Source: an uncultured Actinomycetota bacterium (GTDB lineage Bacteria; Actinomycetota; Actinomycetes; Mycobacteriales; Mycobacteriaceae). Taken from it: DNA of 64,000 bases. The notes below the pieces were generated by a model. It made no database searches and had not been told where the DNA came from. It saw only the letters and a program-made list of their open reading frames with translations. The stretch is taken from positions 3,038-67,037 of the forward strand of contig CAVOOG010000002.1 of the NCBI GenBank assembly GCA_963697475.1, given 5' to 3'. The position numbers were made by a program, and so were the translations under genes. This document shows positions 52,000 to 60,593 of the stretch, piece by piece (positions within the stretch are counted from its first letter, which is position 1; every line of letters begins with the position of its first letter).

Positions 52000-52579
52000 G
52001 GCCGTGGCCGCCGCAGCTCACCTGGCGGTGTCTACGAGCAGTCCAGACCAAGCTGTTCAACTACGCGCCAAGGGCTTCTAACTTCGGGCGAGGTCGCGGC
52101 GTGGCCTCCGCCGACCCACCAGTAGTACTTGCCGAAAGCACGGAACAACGCACGCGGCTCCTGATCACCCATCCACTCCGGATTGGTAGCGGTAACGTTC
52201 CGCGCGGCTCGGAATATCTCGTGGACGACGCGGGCGTACGCCTCCTCGGGATGGTCGCCGGGCTCTGGGATACCGAGGTGCGATCGGCCACGTGATCGGT
52301 GATCTGGATGGTTCCGGCCCGGTGCGGGTGTATGCGGCCGCCGCTGACGTTGACGACCTGCTCAGCGATCACGGGCTCCGGGAGGCGGGCTCCGACAAGA
52401 TTGCCAACGCGGTGATCTGGGTGGTCGATGACCTCGCCGTCGTACCGCGTTCCGACGCTGACTCCCACGCCGCGGCCTCCGTTGTGGCCGCTGTGGACCT
52501 GCTCGATGCCGGCGACCCTCGTGCGCAAGCCGCCGCCCGCAGCATCATCGAGAACGTATTGAGGGGCATCACCCGCTAG
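52000..52579 (+). pseudogene. Degenerate paralogue of the downstream type IV-like antitoxin
   Basis: C-terminal ANAVIWVVD...VVAAVDLLDAGDPRAQAAA parallels GNLTLRV...IAGVDLTEDTDTRTRTAG of 52641-53345. Confidence 0.4.
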
Positions 52580-52606
52580 CAGTAGGACTGCTACCAGCTG
52601 GTATTT

Positions 52607-52638
52607 ACACAACTATAGCGATATCGCTATAGTTGTGT
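52607..52638. promoter_or_regulatory. Perfect 32-bp palindrome overlapping a -10 box (putative operator)
   Basis: ACACAACTATAGCGAT|ATCGCTATAGTTGTGT; TATAGT at 52628-52633, 7 nt before ATG 52641. Confidence 0.75.
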
Positions 52639-52640
52639 TC

Positions 52641-53345
52641 ATGGATGAGCTGATTACTGCCGCCCAAGCCGCGCAGCGTCTAGGTGTGGCCCCTTCCCGC
52701 GTGCGTGCGCTCATCGCCCACGGCACGCTGACCGCGACGATGGCCGGCAACCAGTGGCTCATCGACGCCGACAGCCTGGATCGTCACCACGACCTGATGA
52801 GTGCCGGTGCCACCGGGCGCTCGTTCTCCCCGCGCATCGCCTGGGGTGCCGCAGCGCTGTGCGACGGCCGCCACGAAGGGCTCACCCCAACCGAACGCAC
52901 CCGCCTGCGCCACCGCCTGGCCAACGTGGGTGAGGGCGGCACCGATGTGTGTGCGCAGGTGCAGCGTTGGCTGTCGCGCCGGGCGCAGTCGGTGCATCGC
53001 TACAGGGTCGGTGAGCGCGACCTGGCGGAGCTTCTGAGCAGCAGCGGTGTCATGGCCACCGGGATCAGCGCCATCGACGCCTATAGTCTTGGGCTCGCCA
53101 CAGGTGGAGCCGCCGACGCCTATGTCAGCGACCGGACCCGGCAGAAGCTGGTGGACGACTTCGTCTTGATCGACAGTGCGCGAGGCAATCTCACGCTGCG
53201 GGTCACCGACGCCGACGTGTTCGACGCCGCTGTCGCACCGCGATTGATCGCCGGTGTCGACCTCACCGAGGACACCGACACCCGTACCCGCACAGCTGGC
53301 TGCAACCTCATCGGCGACGCGCTGCGCGCTGCCCGCAGGCCATGA
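52641..53345 (+). CDS. Excisionase-type HTH plus AbiEi-like domain (putative type IV antitoxin)
   Basis: LITAAQAAQRLGVAPSRVRALIAHGTL HTH; TGISA...DAYV...GNLTLRV. Confidence 0.65.
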   Translation: MDELITAAQAAQRLGVAPSRVRALIAHGTLTATMAGNQWLIDADSLDRHHDLMSAGATGRSFSPRIAWGAAALCDGRHEGLTPTERTRLRHRLANVGEGGTDVCAQVQRWLSRRAQSVHRYRVGERDLAELLSSSGVMATGISAIDAYSLGLATGGAADAYVSDRTRQKLVDDFVLIDSARGNLTLRVTDADVFDAAVAPRLIAGVDLTEDTDTRTRTAGCNLIGDALRAARRP

Positions 53346-54418
53346 TCCCGGTGCCTAAAAACCTCACTGCTGATAACGCTGCGCCGGTGGCGGCGATCGC
53401 CGCCATCACTGGCCAGTCAATGGCCGGTGCCACCGAACTGTTCTGCACCATCGCCGAATCCGCACCCGATGACACCCAGGCCAGCGCGGAGGACATCGGC
53501 GGTGCGGTGAACCGGATGTGCACCCGCGTCGGGCTGGCACCCGCGCTGGATCAGCTCGAACGCGACACGCATATCCACGCGTTGCGCGCACTGACTGCCG
53601 GGGATGCATCCACGATCACCCTCGGCGACTTGCGCGCGTGGGACACCATCCTGCGCGCCACCCCGGAGAAGGTTCCGACGGTGGAGCGGGAACCGGTGGT
53701 GCTGACACCGATGCCCGAGCATCAGGCGGCGATGTGGTTGACGTTGTTGGACTTCGAGGAGACCGACCCGCCGCCCTGGGTCCTCGTAGGTGGACAGATG
53801 ACCGCACTGCACCTGGCCGAGCACGGCGTCACCGAGCATCGCCCCACCGACGACGGCGACATGGTGGTCGGGGTCTGGACGCGCCGTGATGCGTTGCGCA
53901 GCACGGCGATCTACCTGACCGACAACGATTTCACCGAAAGCCCCACCGAGGACGGCTTCGGATACCGGTTCACCCGAGGTAGGACCGTCATTGATGTGAT
54001 GATCCCCGAGGGCCTCGACCGCCAGCAGCGCTATCCGACGACCAGCACGGGCCGCCGCGGCCTATCGGCAGGTGGCGGGAACCAGGCTCTGACCCGTGCC
54101 GAACGGGTGCCGGTGAACGTGGGCGGCCGGGTGGGTTATGTCCGCCGCCCGAACCTGTTGGGCGCACTGGTGGCGAAGGCGCATGCGCGGATCGTGGACA
54201 GCCGGGACCCGGAACGTCACTCTCAGGATCTCGTCGCGCTCGCGGGGGTGGCGCTACTCGACCCCAGAGCCGTGGTCAGTCAGGCACGCCCGGATGACCG
54301 CCGCGCGATCCGCTCCGCCCTGCGTCACCTTCCCGCCGGCCACCGGCTGCTGCGCCTGGCTGAAGACCCCGGCGGCGTTCACGCATTCCTGACCCGGCTG
54401 GGACAGTCACCCGGATAA
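53342..54418 (+). CDS. Nucleotidyltransferase-fold toxin (AbiEii/MenT-like) with N-terminal extension
   Basis: WVLVGGQMT.LH...RPTDDGD, IDVMIP, GALVAK, RHSQDL; ATGA overlap with upstream gene. Confidence 0.7.
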   Translation: MIPVPKNLTADNAAPVAAIAAITGQSMAGATELFCTIAESAPDDTQASAEDIGGAVNRMCTRVGLAPALDQLERDTHIHALRALTAGDASTITLGDLRAWDTILRATPEKVPTVEREPVVLTPMPEHQAAMWLTLLDFEETDPPPWVLVGGQMTALHLAEHGVTEHRPTDDGDMVVGVWTRRDALRSTAIYLTDNDFTESPTEDGFGYRFTRGRTVIDVMIPEGLDRQQRYPTTSTGRRGLSAGGGNQALTRAERVPVNVGGRVGYVRRPNLLGALVAKAHARIVDSRDPERHSQDLVALAGVALLDPRAVVSQARPDDRRAIRSALRHLPAGHRLLRLAEDPGGVHAFLTRLGQSPG

Positions 54419-55052
54419 GCCGGGATCACCGTGGATCGCCACGGGCACATTCCCCAGGGCCGCTTCGGCAGGTGCACCGCAAGCCGGATTGTGCGCCTGT
54501 CCGACGCTCCGACCAAGCGAAGCTGGTCGAATTGCCGATCAGCAGCGTGAGCGCCTTTTGCATCCGGTACAGATACTTGGCGTGCCGCTGCGGCGAGTGC
54601 TGAGTTTTGCGCGGGAAACCATCCGCTGACCCCTCTGCCTTGCGAAACCACGGACCGTTAGAAGCATCTGGCAGGGTTGGCCCCCATCTCAGCATGCAGA
54701 GAAGGGACTTCAGAATGTCGTCAGTGCAGCCGCGCACGTGGAGATGCTGCGAACTCGAACGACGCTCCCCGGAATGGGGTATCGCGTTTCAACGCAACGA
54801 CAGGGTGCCGCATGGACAGGCGCTGCTCGTGTGCGACGCGTGGTCGGCGTGCATCATGGTCGCGCACTCCACTGCTGAACGGTTGGGCCGCGAGGACAGT
54901 GCGGGCCTGTGGACGGCGATGGCCTGGGCCCGACCCGGTGTGCCAGGCCTTGTTGGACTACCTGCGTTCGACGGTGACGTGACGGAAGTTCGGCCGCTGC
55001 CGAGCAGTCTCAGTGATCTCGTCGAGGACGCTACGAGGCTTGCCAAGTCGTT

Positions 55053-55403
55053 TGAGCTTCCCCAGTTTGAGTGGACACCTGAGATAGCGGGACGCAGGGT
55101 CCTGCTGGAAGGATGTCGGGATGTCTCGGACTCGTCGGTCGTTTACGCCGGAGTTCAAAGTGGAGGCTGCTCGGCGGGTGATTGATGGTGGCCGCTCGGT
55201 CGCCGAGGTTGCCCGAGAGTTGAATGTGCACGAGAATCTGTTCCGCAAATGGGTTGCTGCCGAACGAGTTCGGGACGGGGCTGCCGCCGATGCACGCGGG
55301 GTCCCACCCGATGGGGATCTGTCGGCGGCCGAGCGTGCCGAATTGGTGCGGTTGCGTGCTGAGCTCGCCGAGAAGGATCGTGACATCACGTTCCTGAAAA
55401 AAA
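55053..55403 (+). mobile_element. IS3-family left-end stub, copy 2 (inverted relative to copy 1)
   Basis: Near-identical reverse complement of 50040-50389; broken at the same A-run. Confidence 0.85.
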
Positions 55404-55555
55404 CTCAAGACAACTCTCAACGATCTAGCGACCAAGGATCGCTAGCGGCAGTCGCCGCGGCCATGAGCGCCGCCGATGCCGAGACGCTGACTGACTGGCG
55501 ATCGGAGACCGCGGACTGGGCTGCGGTCGACACCGATCGTGACGGTGCTCAGTGA
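55121..55555 (+). CDS. In-frame fusion of IS3 OrfA (94 aa), 13-aa linker and antitoxin C-terminus (37 aa)
   Basis: Ends LAAVAAAMSAADAETLTDWRSETADWAAVDTDRDGAQ, identical to the C-terminus of 60348-60593. Confidence 0.8.
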   Translation: MSRTRRSFTPEFKVEAARRVIDGGRSVAEVARELNVHENLFRKWVAAERVRDGAAADARGVPPDGDLSAAERAELVRLRAELAEKDRDITFLKKTQDNSQRSSDQGSLAAVAAAMSAADAETLTDWRSETADWAAVDTDRDGAQ

Positions 55556-55970
55556 CCGTCACGGTCGCACCCGGCTCGGTCGTGTGGGTCACCCTCGATC
55601 CCACCGAGGGACGCGAGCAAGCCGGCCGCCGGCCCGCCGTGGTCGTGGCCTCCCTTGGCTACTTGGCGGCAGTTACCGAATTGGCCATCGTCGTTCCCGC
55701 GACGACCTCCGACCGCGGATGGCCGCAGCACGTACAACTCACCGGAGCGGCACTCACCCTTCCCCGGCCGACCTTCGCCATGACGGAACAGCCGCGCACC
55801 CTCAGCAGGCAGCGCATCGCCAGCGTCGCCGGAAGCGTCGACAGCACCTGCCTGGCCTCGATACGCCGCTGGCTCGACGACTTCCTGCACGACCCTCATT
55901 AGTCACAGTGACGAAAACGGAGACCTCGGAGTGGATTCCATCGATGTCGGCACATTTCTTCACCGACGCC
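55442..55970 (+). repeat. 529-bp direct repeat, copy 1 (copy 2 at 60480-61008)
   Basis: Aligned by eye at constant offset 5038; one synonymous ATC/ATA difference seen. Confidence 0.9.
55552..55902 (+). CDS. mazF: MazF/PemK toxin, copy 1
   Basis: GSVVWVTLDPTEGREQAGRRPAVVV...VVPATT...AMTEQPRTLSRQRI. Confidence 0.9.
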   Translation: MTVTVAPGSVVWVTLDPTEGREQAGRRPAVVVASLGYLAAVTELAIVVPATTSDRGWPQHVQLTGAALTLPRPTFAMTEQPRTLSRQRIASVAGSVDSTCLASIRRWLDDFLHDPH

Positions 55971-56026
55971 AACGCGGTCTATTCCCGACCTCGACAAGCG
56001 CTTACTTTATAAGTAGTTTAGACGTC

Positions 56027-56503
56027 ATGGATGTGGTGTCGTTCTCCGATTTGCAGTTGCGCGGCAAGGCCACGGTCGAAGCGTGGCTGCGCACGTCGGC
56101 GAACCGCGTTCTGGTGGTGCGTCGTCGTGATGCCGAGGATCTGGTGCTGACCACGGCGTCAAGGGCAGAGCAGGCGCGTGAGACGTCCTCGGTGACCGCA
56201 CGACTGTTCGTCGCGTTGATGCAGCACGATCCGCATGTGCGGGATCTGGTGACCGACGTGGTGCCCGAGGTGTTTCCGTGGGTGGCGTTCCTGTCCCGCG
56301 AGGAGGTCCGCGAGTTCGTCGTCGAGTTGGTGTCGACGATGAAGGCCGCCGAATCGATCGACAACCCGGCTCCGGTGGCCCAGGTGATCGACTCTTGGCG
56401 GCACACCGCCGAGGTGCTGGCCGATCCCGAACTGGCAGCCGTCCTGTCGGCGCCCAGCGACGCGGATTTCGGTCCGGTGCCAGAGCCGGGAATCCGCAGG
56501 TAG
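56027..56503 (+). CDS. Putative antitoxin with Phd-like N-terminus
   Basis: VSFSDLQ...LVVRRRDAEDLVL; FPWVAFLS...SWRHTAEVLADPEL; TAGTTT 7 nt upstream. Confidence 0.65.
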   Translation: MDVVSFSDLQLRGKATVEAWLRTSANRVLVVRRRDAEDLVLTTASRAEQARETSSVTARLFVALMQHDPHVRDLVTDVVPEVFPWVAFLSREEVREFVVELVSTMKAAESIDNPAPVAQVIDSWRHTAEVLADPELAAVLSAPSDADFGPVPEPGIRR

Positions 56504-56857
56504 GTGGCACCCAAGCGCGGGGATCGCGTCGCGCCACCCGCCGGTGGCGGCGAATGGGATCTGCGGTTCGCCACCAGCGAGGCCGCCAAGGGCTGGGAGG
56601 CGCTGTGCCAGGCCGCCGCGGCCAACACCGCGGCGGCCTGGCACGAACTGCGGACACGGCCGGAGCGACCGGCGCCGACCAGCCGCCACCATCAGCTCAA
56701 GAGCCGCCTGGCCACCGCGGCTCACCGCGGCGTCGACATGGAGCAGTGGCAGTACGAGGTGACCAGCGCCGGCCGGATCTGGTATCTCGTCGACGCCGCC
56801 AACCGAACCCTATGGCTGAGGCACGCCGGCCCCGGACATCCGAAGGACACCGAGTGA
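56504..56857 (+). CDS. Putative RelE-like toxin
   Basis: WDLRFATSEAAKGW...HHQLK...QWQYEVTSAGRIWYLVD...GHP; abuts upstream gene. Confidence 0.6.
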   Translation: MAPKRGDRVAPPAGGGEWDLRFATSEAAKGWEALCQAAAANTAAAWHELRTRPERPAPTSRHHQLKSRLATAAHRGVDMEQWQYEVTSAGRIWYLVDAANRTLWLRHAGPGHPKDTE

Positions 56858-57084
56858 GCAGCGGCCCGCAACCGTTGCCGGGCGGCGGTACGCGCGCCGA
56901 ACTGGGATTTCTCCGCGTGATTTCGTGAGGGGGGCGGTACGGGCTGACGGGGGCTGGGGGCTGGAGTTTTGTGCTGGCGGGGTGCATATTCTTGAGTCGG
57001 AAAACGTGCCCACAGGATGGGTCGTTGTTGAAGCAAGCGCTCCGGCCGCAGGGTCGGGGCGTTTCGCTTTTGTAGGGTCTGGGG

Positions 57085-57273
57085 ATGCCGCAGCGGAGTA
57101 CTGCCCTGCTGCCGCCGGCGAGGTTGCAGCCCTACTGGGATTTCTGGACGGCGGGTGGTGTCACCGCACCGCCGAGCGACGATGCGATCGCCGCGCTGTA
57201 TGTGTGGCAGGTCGGTATGTGCTCGGCCTGGCATGAGGTGCCGGCCCACATCACCACCCAACCGCGCCCGTAG
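57085..57273 (+). pseudogene. Possible Abi-family N-terminal remnant
   Basis: LPPARLQPY...AALYVWQVGMCSAWHEV. Confidence 0.4.
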
Positions 57274-57621
57274 CAGCAGGTTTGGTTGATCCTGCTGCCG
57301 CCCGTGTTTGGCGGGGCTAGTAACGGACGGGTGGGTCCCAATCGGCGGTGTACAGCGAGCGCCAGCCGGCGGGGGAATAGGCGGCTGTGGAGCCATTGGG
57401 CGTCGTTATGACGAGCGCGCCACCAGCGACAATCTTCCACTCACTGGCCTGGGGTGTCTGTCGCGGTCGGTGTCGTCGGGGCCTGTTTCGACGAAGAGGA
57501 ACTGTCTTTTCTCAGCCATGGGGCTGACCCTCCCATAGAGTTCGGACACCACGGTCAATTAGGACGTCTAGGGAGTCCTGGAGCCGGGAGCTGTTCTCCC
57601 CTGCGCGCAAATGAATGAGCG

Positions 57622-58146
57622 TCAGATAGTCCCGCCGACAGCGGCCTGCCGGCGAAAGTGGCGTTGCGCTCTCACCAGTTCCTTCGAGCCGAAGGTGGCG
57701 TAGACGCCGCTCTGCTGGCCGGGCGCTTGGTTTCCGATGTAGAGAACGTTTTCGCGGTTGGTGTGTGGTCCCCACCCCTGGCTGTGGCTCACGGCGACAA
57801 CTGAGCCGCGTTGCACCTGTTCCCACCAGAACCATGCGTCTCGGCTTATCCCGGTGGCGTCGCCGTAGATCGAGACCATGGCCTTGCTGCCGCGTTGCGC
57901 GTGTTGATAGACGTTCTGGACGTAGAGCAGCGTCCATCCGTGACCGGTGGTGTACTGGTGAAAGGCCGCCCAGGATTGCGCTGCTGCGGCGTCGCGTGCT
58001 GGTTGCGGCCGGAAGATAAACCACACCACGACGCCTACGGCGATCAAGAACGTCAGTGTCAACACGTTGACGTACCGCTCATCATCAGTCCGACTGTAAA
58101 GGTGGCTACCGACGTTGCAGATCTCTCTGCCCTTGCGCGCCCCCAC
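57622..58146 (-). CDS. Hypothetical single-pass membrane protein (start uncertain)
   Basis: Hydrophobic VLTLTFLIAVGVVVWFIF followed by a soluble domain. Confidence 0.55.
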   Translation of the reverse strand: MGARKGREICNVGSHLYSRTDDERYVNVLTLTFLIAVGVVVWFIFRPQPARDAAAAQSWAAFHQYTTGHGWTLLYVQNVYQHAQRGSKAMVSIYGDATGISRDAWFWWEQVQRGSVVAVSHSQGWGPHTNRENVLYIGNQAPGQQSGVYATFGSKELVRAQRHFRRQAAVGGTI

Positions 58147-58200
58147 ACGCCGGGCCGTACTCGTGCGCCGCAGTTATCCAGCGGCTCCTAAACTTATCGC

Positions 58201-58497
58201 ATGGGGGATTTAGATGTTTGCGGCGAAGGCTTGCAGGCACTGGCTGGGCAGTGCTCCGCTGACGCGTCACGGTTAGCCACTGAGATTCCTGCCGGAATGG
58301 CCGGCCCGCCAGCTCAAGCAACAGCGGCGGCGGTAAGAAGCGCGTACATGGCCATCGTGGCTTCGGCGGCGGCCCTGGCGGCGCGTGTACAGGGCACTGG
58401 CGACAAGCTGACTGTGGCGGCGACGCAGTACGTGAGCACAGATGAAACGTCCGCGCAGCGTTTGTCTTCGCTGGGCGGCGGGCGGGCGCAGGTGTAG
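58201..58497 (+). CDS. Type VII secretion substrate-like (WXG/EspC-like) small helical protein
   Basis: 98 aa, Ala-rich, C-terminal YVSTDETSA (YxxxD/E secretion-signal-like). Confidence 0.55.
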   Translation: MGDLDVCGEGLQALAGQCSADASRLATEIPAGMAGPPAQATAAAVRSAYMAIVASAAALAARVQGTGDKLTVAATQYVSTDETSAQRLSSLGGGRAQV

Positions 58498-58569
58498 ATG
58501 CCTGCCGCTGTCGGTGCGGGGCTGCCGAGCTTGTCGCAGATCGTGTCCTGGGACACCGGGCACCTGTGA
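58498..58569 (+). pseudogene. N-terminal stub of a type VII effector-like gene
   Basis: MPAAVGAGLPSLSQIVSWDTGHL*. Confidence 0.45.
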
Positions 58570-58868
58570 TCGCTCCCGGCGACATCGCACCACGCAGCGA
58601 CAGCGAGCACGAGCTCTACGTTGCCGTTCTGTCCAATGCGATCCATCTCGCCGCTGATACCGGACGTGTGATCACATGCCCGTTCATTCCCGGCCGGCTG
58701 CCGGACGACGCCATGTCGATGGTCATCGCTGTCGAGCAACCCGACGGCACCCTTCTACCGGAACTTGTGCAGTGGCTCCCCAGGGCTGCGCTCGACGAAC
58801 CAATCGGCACCATCGGCGTCGCCGCCCTGCGCGAGACTACGGCGATCGTGACCGCCCTCATCTCCTAG
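58566..58868 (+). CDS. Orphan MazF/PemK-like toxin
   Basis: IAPGDI...YVAVLSN...VITCPF...LLPELVQWLPRAALDEPIG. Confidence 0.5.
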   Translation: MIAPGDIAPRSDSEHELYVAVLSNAIHLAADTGRVITCPFIPGRLPDDAMSMVIAVEQPDGTLLPELVQWLPRAALDEPIGTIGVAALRETTAIVTALIS

Positions 58869-59039
58869 TCCTGGCCCCGACTCCCCTGCCAACTCGCACC
58901 TCGTGAGCACGCACCATTACCAGTTATGAGCCGCGGTGATTGCGGCATTTTCTGTTGTCTTCACAAACTCCGAACAAATGCCATGGTCACCGCCCCTGAC
59001 CAGCGCAGACACGCCGAATCCCACCAGCTCCGATCTACG

Positions 59040-59420
59040 GCTGCAGTAGCTAGCGGGACTGCGGGCGGAAGAACTCCGCCTGGTCGATGTCGGGGACGTG
59101 AGCACGCTCGACGACGGTTCCGCCGTGGTCAATGTGAAAGGCAAAGGCGGCAAGGAACGCAACGCCCCTGTCGGGATGGCCAGCTTCCGCACCGCTATTG
59201 GTCGGTCGAGATGGTGAACGAATCACGCGTGGCACGCTGCAATCTCGCATCAAGCGAGCGTTCAAGCGTGCTCGGCCATATGCACGGCCAGCTCTGGTAC
59301 ACGGTCGCCGGCATACCTATCCCACTGAGCTCGCCACCTCGAATGTCAGCGTCTATACGCTCATGAAGCTTCTCGGCCATGAATCAATGGCGATATCGCA
59401 GCGCTACGTGACGGCAGCGG
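59040..59420 (+). pseudogene. Tyrosine recombinase remnant
   Basis: GLRAEEL...VKGKGGKER; VHGRRHTY...MKLLGHESMAISQRY in different frames. Confidence 0.8.
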
Positions 59421-59571
59421 GCCCTCGCCCACACCAATTCTCGATCCGGACGTGCACCGAAATCATTGCCGCCAACCGCGCGCCCGAACAGCACGTGTCC
59501 GCCACTGGGCTGTTCTTATTGGCCACAAATCAGGCTTGGCAATAGCCACTATTCGGGCTATATTGAGCAGC

Positions 59572-59847
59572 ATGAGATCTGTACCTCTAGGTGAGGCGAA
59601 GGACAAACTGTCGGCCCTAGTTGACGATGCTCAATCCACTCACGACATAATTGCGATCACCAAGCATGGTCGACCAGCTGCTGTGCTCATGTCCGCCGAC
59701 GACCTAGAGTCACTGCAGGAGACTATCTTTTGGCTGTCACGGCCGGGCATCCACGACGACATCGCAGCGGCTGAACGGGAGTACCGCGAGGGGACGACCG
59801 TAAGCGGCGATCTGCTTCGTGAAGAATTCGGTCTGCCGCCGCAGTGA
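59572..59847 (+). CDS. Phd/YefM antitoxin
   Basis: VPLGEAKDKLSALVD...ITKHGRPAAVLMSADDLESLQETI. Confidence 0.9.
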   Translation: MRSVPLGEAKDKLSALVDDAQSTHDIIAITKHGRPAAVLMSADDLESLQETIFWLSRPGIHDDIAAAEREYREGTTVSGDLLREEFGLPPQ

Positions 59848-60125
59848 CAACTCCGGGCCAGCCGTACCACGTCGAGGCTGCGGATTCCGCCCGCCGAGAC
59901 ATGCAGCGTCTGCCGGGTAAAGTCGCCACGGCGATCGTCGAGTTCATCACCGGGCCGTTGGCTGGCAACCCCCAACGGCTCAGCAAGCCTCTCCGAGGCG
60001 ATCTGGACGGCTATCGCAGCGCCCGTCGAGGCGACTACCGGGTCGTGTTCCGCATCGACGAGGATAAGCACACCGTGGTCATCGTCGGCGTCAAGCATCG
60101 CGCCCATATCTACCGCCCACGCTGA
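59844..60125 (+). CDS. relE: RelE/ParE toxin
   Basis: ARRDMQRL...NPQRLSKPLRGDLDGYRSARRGDYRVVFRI...HRAHIY. Confidence 0.9.
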   Translation: MTTPGQPYHVEAADSARRDMQRLPGKVATAIVEFITGPLAGNPQRLSKPLRGDLDGYRSARRGDYRVVFRIDEDKHTVVIVGVKHRAHIYRPR

Positions 60126-60347
60126 CGTCGGCCCGTCACCAACCTCGACGGGCGGAGTTCGCGCCTTCGATGTAGTCGATCGCACCTTCGAGTGACGCCG
60201 TCAAGTGTTCGGCGCAGACCGTCGCGCACAGTTTGCTTGCGGCGATGGCGCTGCCGGTTGGGCGCTTGGCACTCCATCTGACCATAGCGACGGCTTTCGG
60301 CCTACGCGGCGTATCCCTAGTTGGGATACTTTTAGTATTCTGGCCGT

Positions 60348-60593
60348 ATGGCTGACGTCACGACGATCAAGGTGACCAAACCGCTGCGCGACCGCATCAG
60401 CGCGGCTGCCGCGCAACGCGCTCAAACGGTGCAGAGTTTCCTGGAGCAGGTGATGGACGAGCATGACCGGCACGAGCGTCTAGCGGCAGTCGCCGCGGCC
60501 ATGAGCGCCGCCGATGCCGAGACGCTGACTGACTGGCGATCGGAGACCGCGGACTGGGCTGCGGTCGACACCGATCGTGACGGTGCTCAGTGA
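60348..60593 (+). CDS. RHH-type antitoxin (intact)
   Basis: TTIKVTKPLRDRI; GTATCCC-N5-GGGATAC inverted repeat at 60311-60329; TATTCT 6 nt upstream. Confidence 0.8.
   Translation: MADVTTIKVTKPLRDRISAAAAQRAQTVQSFLEQVMDEHDRHERLAAVAAAMSAADAETLTDWRSETADWAAVDTDRDGAQ

Noticed and set aside
54426-55050. Possible gene remnants between the nucleotidyltransferase and the IS stub
   Set aside because: No recognisable motif in any frame
56965-56995. GTGCTGGCGGGGTGCATATTC as a fourth dif-flank scar
   Set aside because: Only the TGCATATTC box matches; no CTG|GTAA junction
58905-58940. Minus-strand ACTGGTAA next to the integrase remnant as another scar
   Set aside because: Only the 8-bp junction matches and the flanks do not; could be chance
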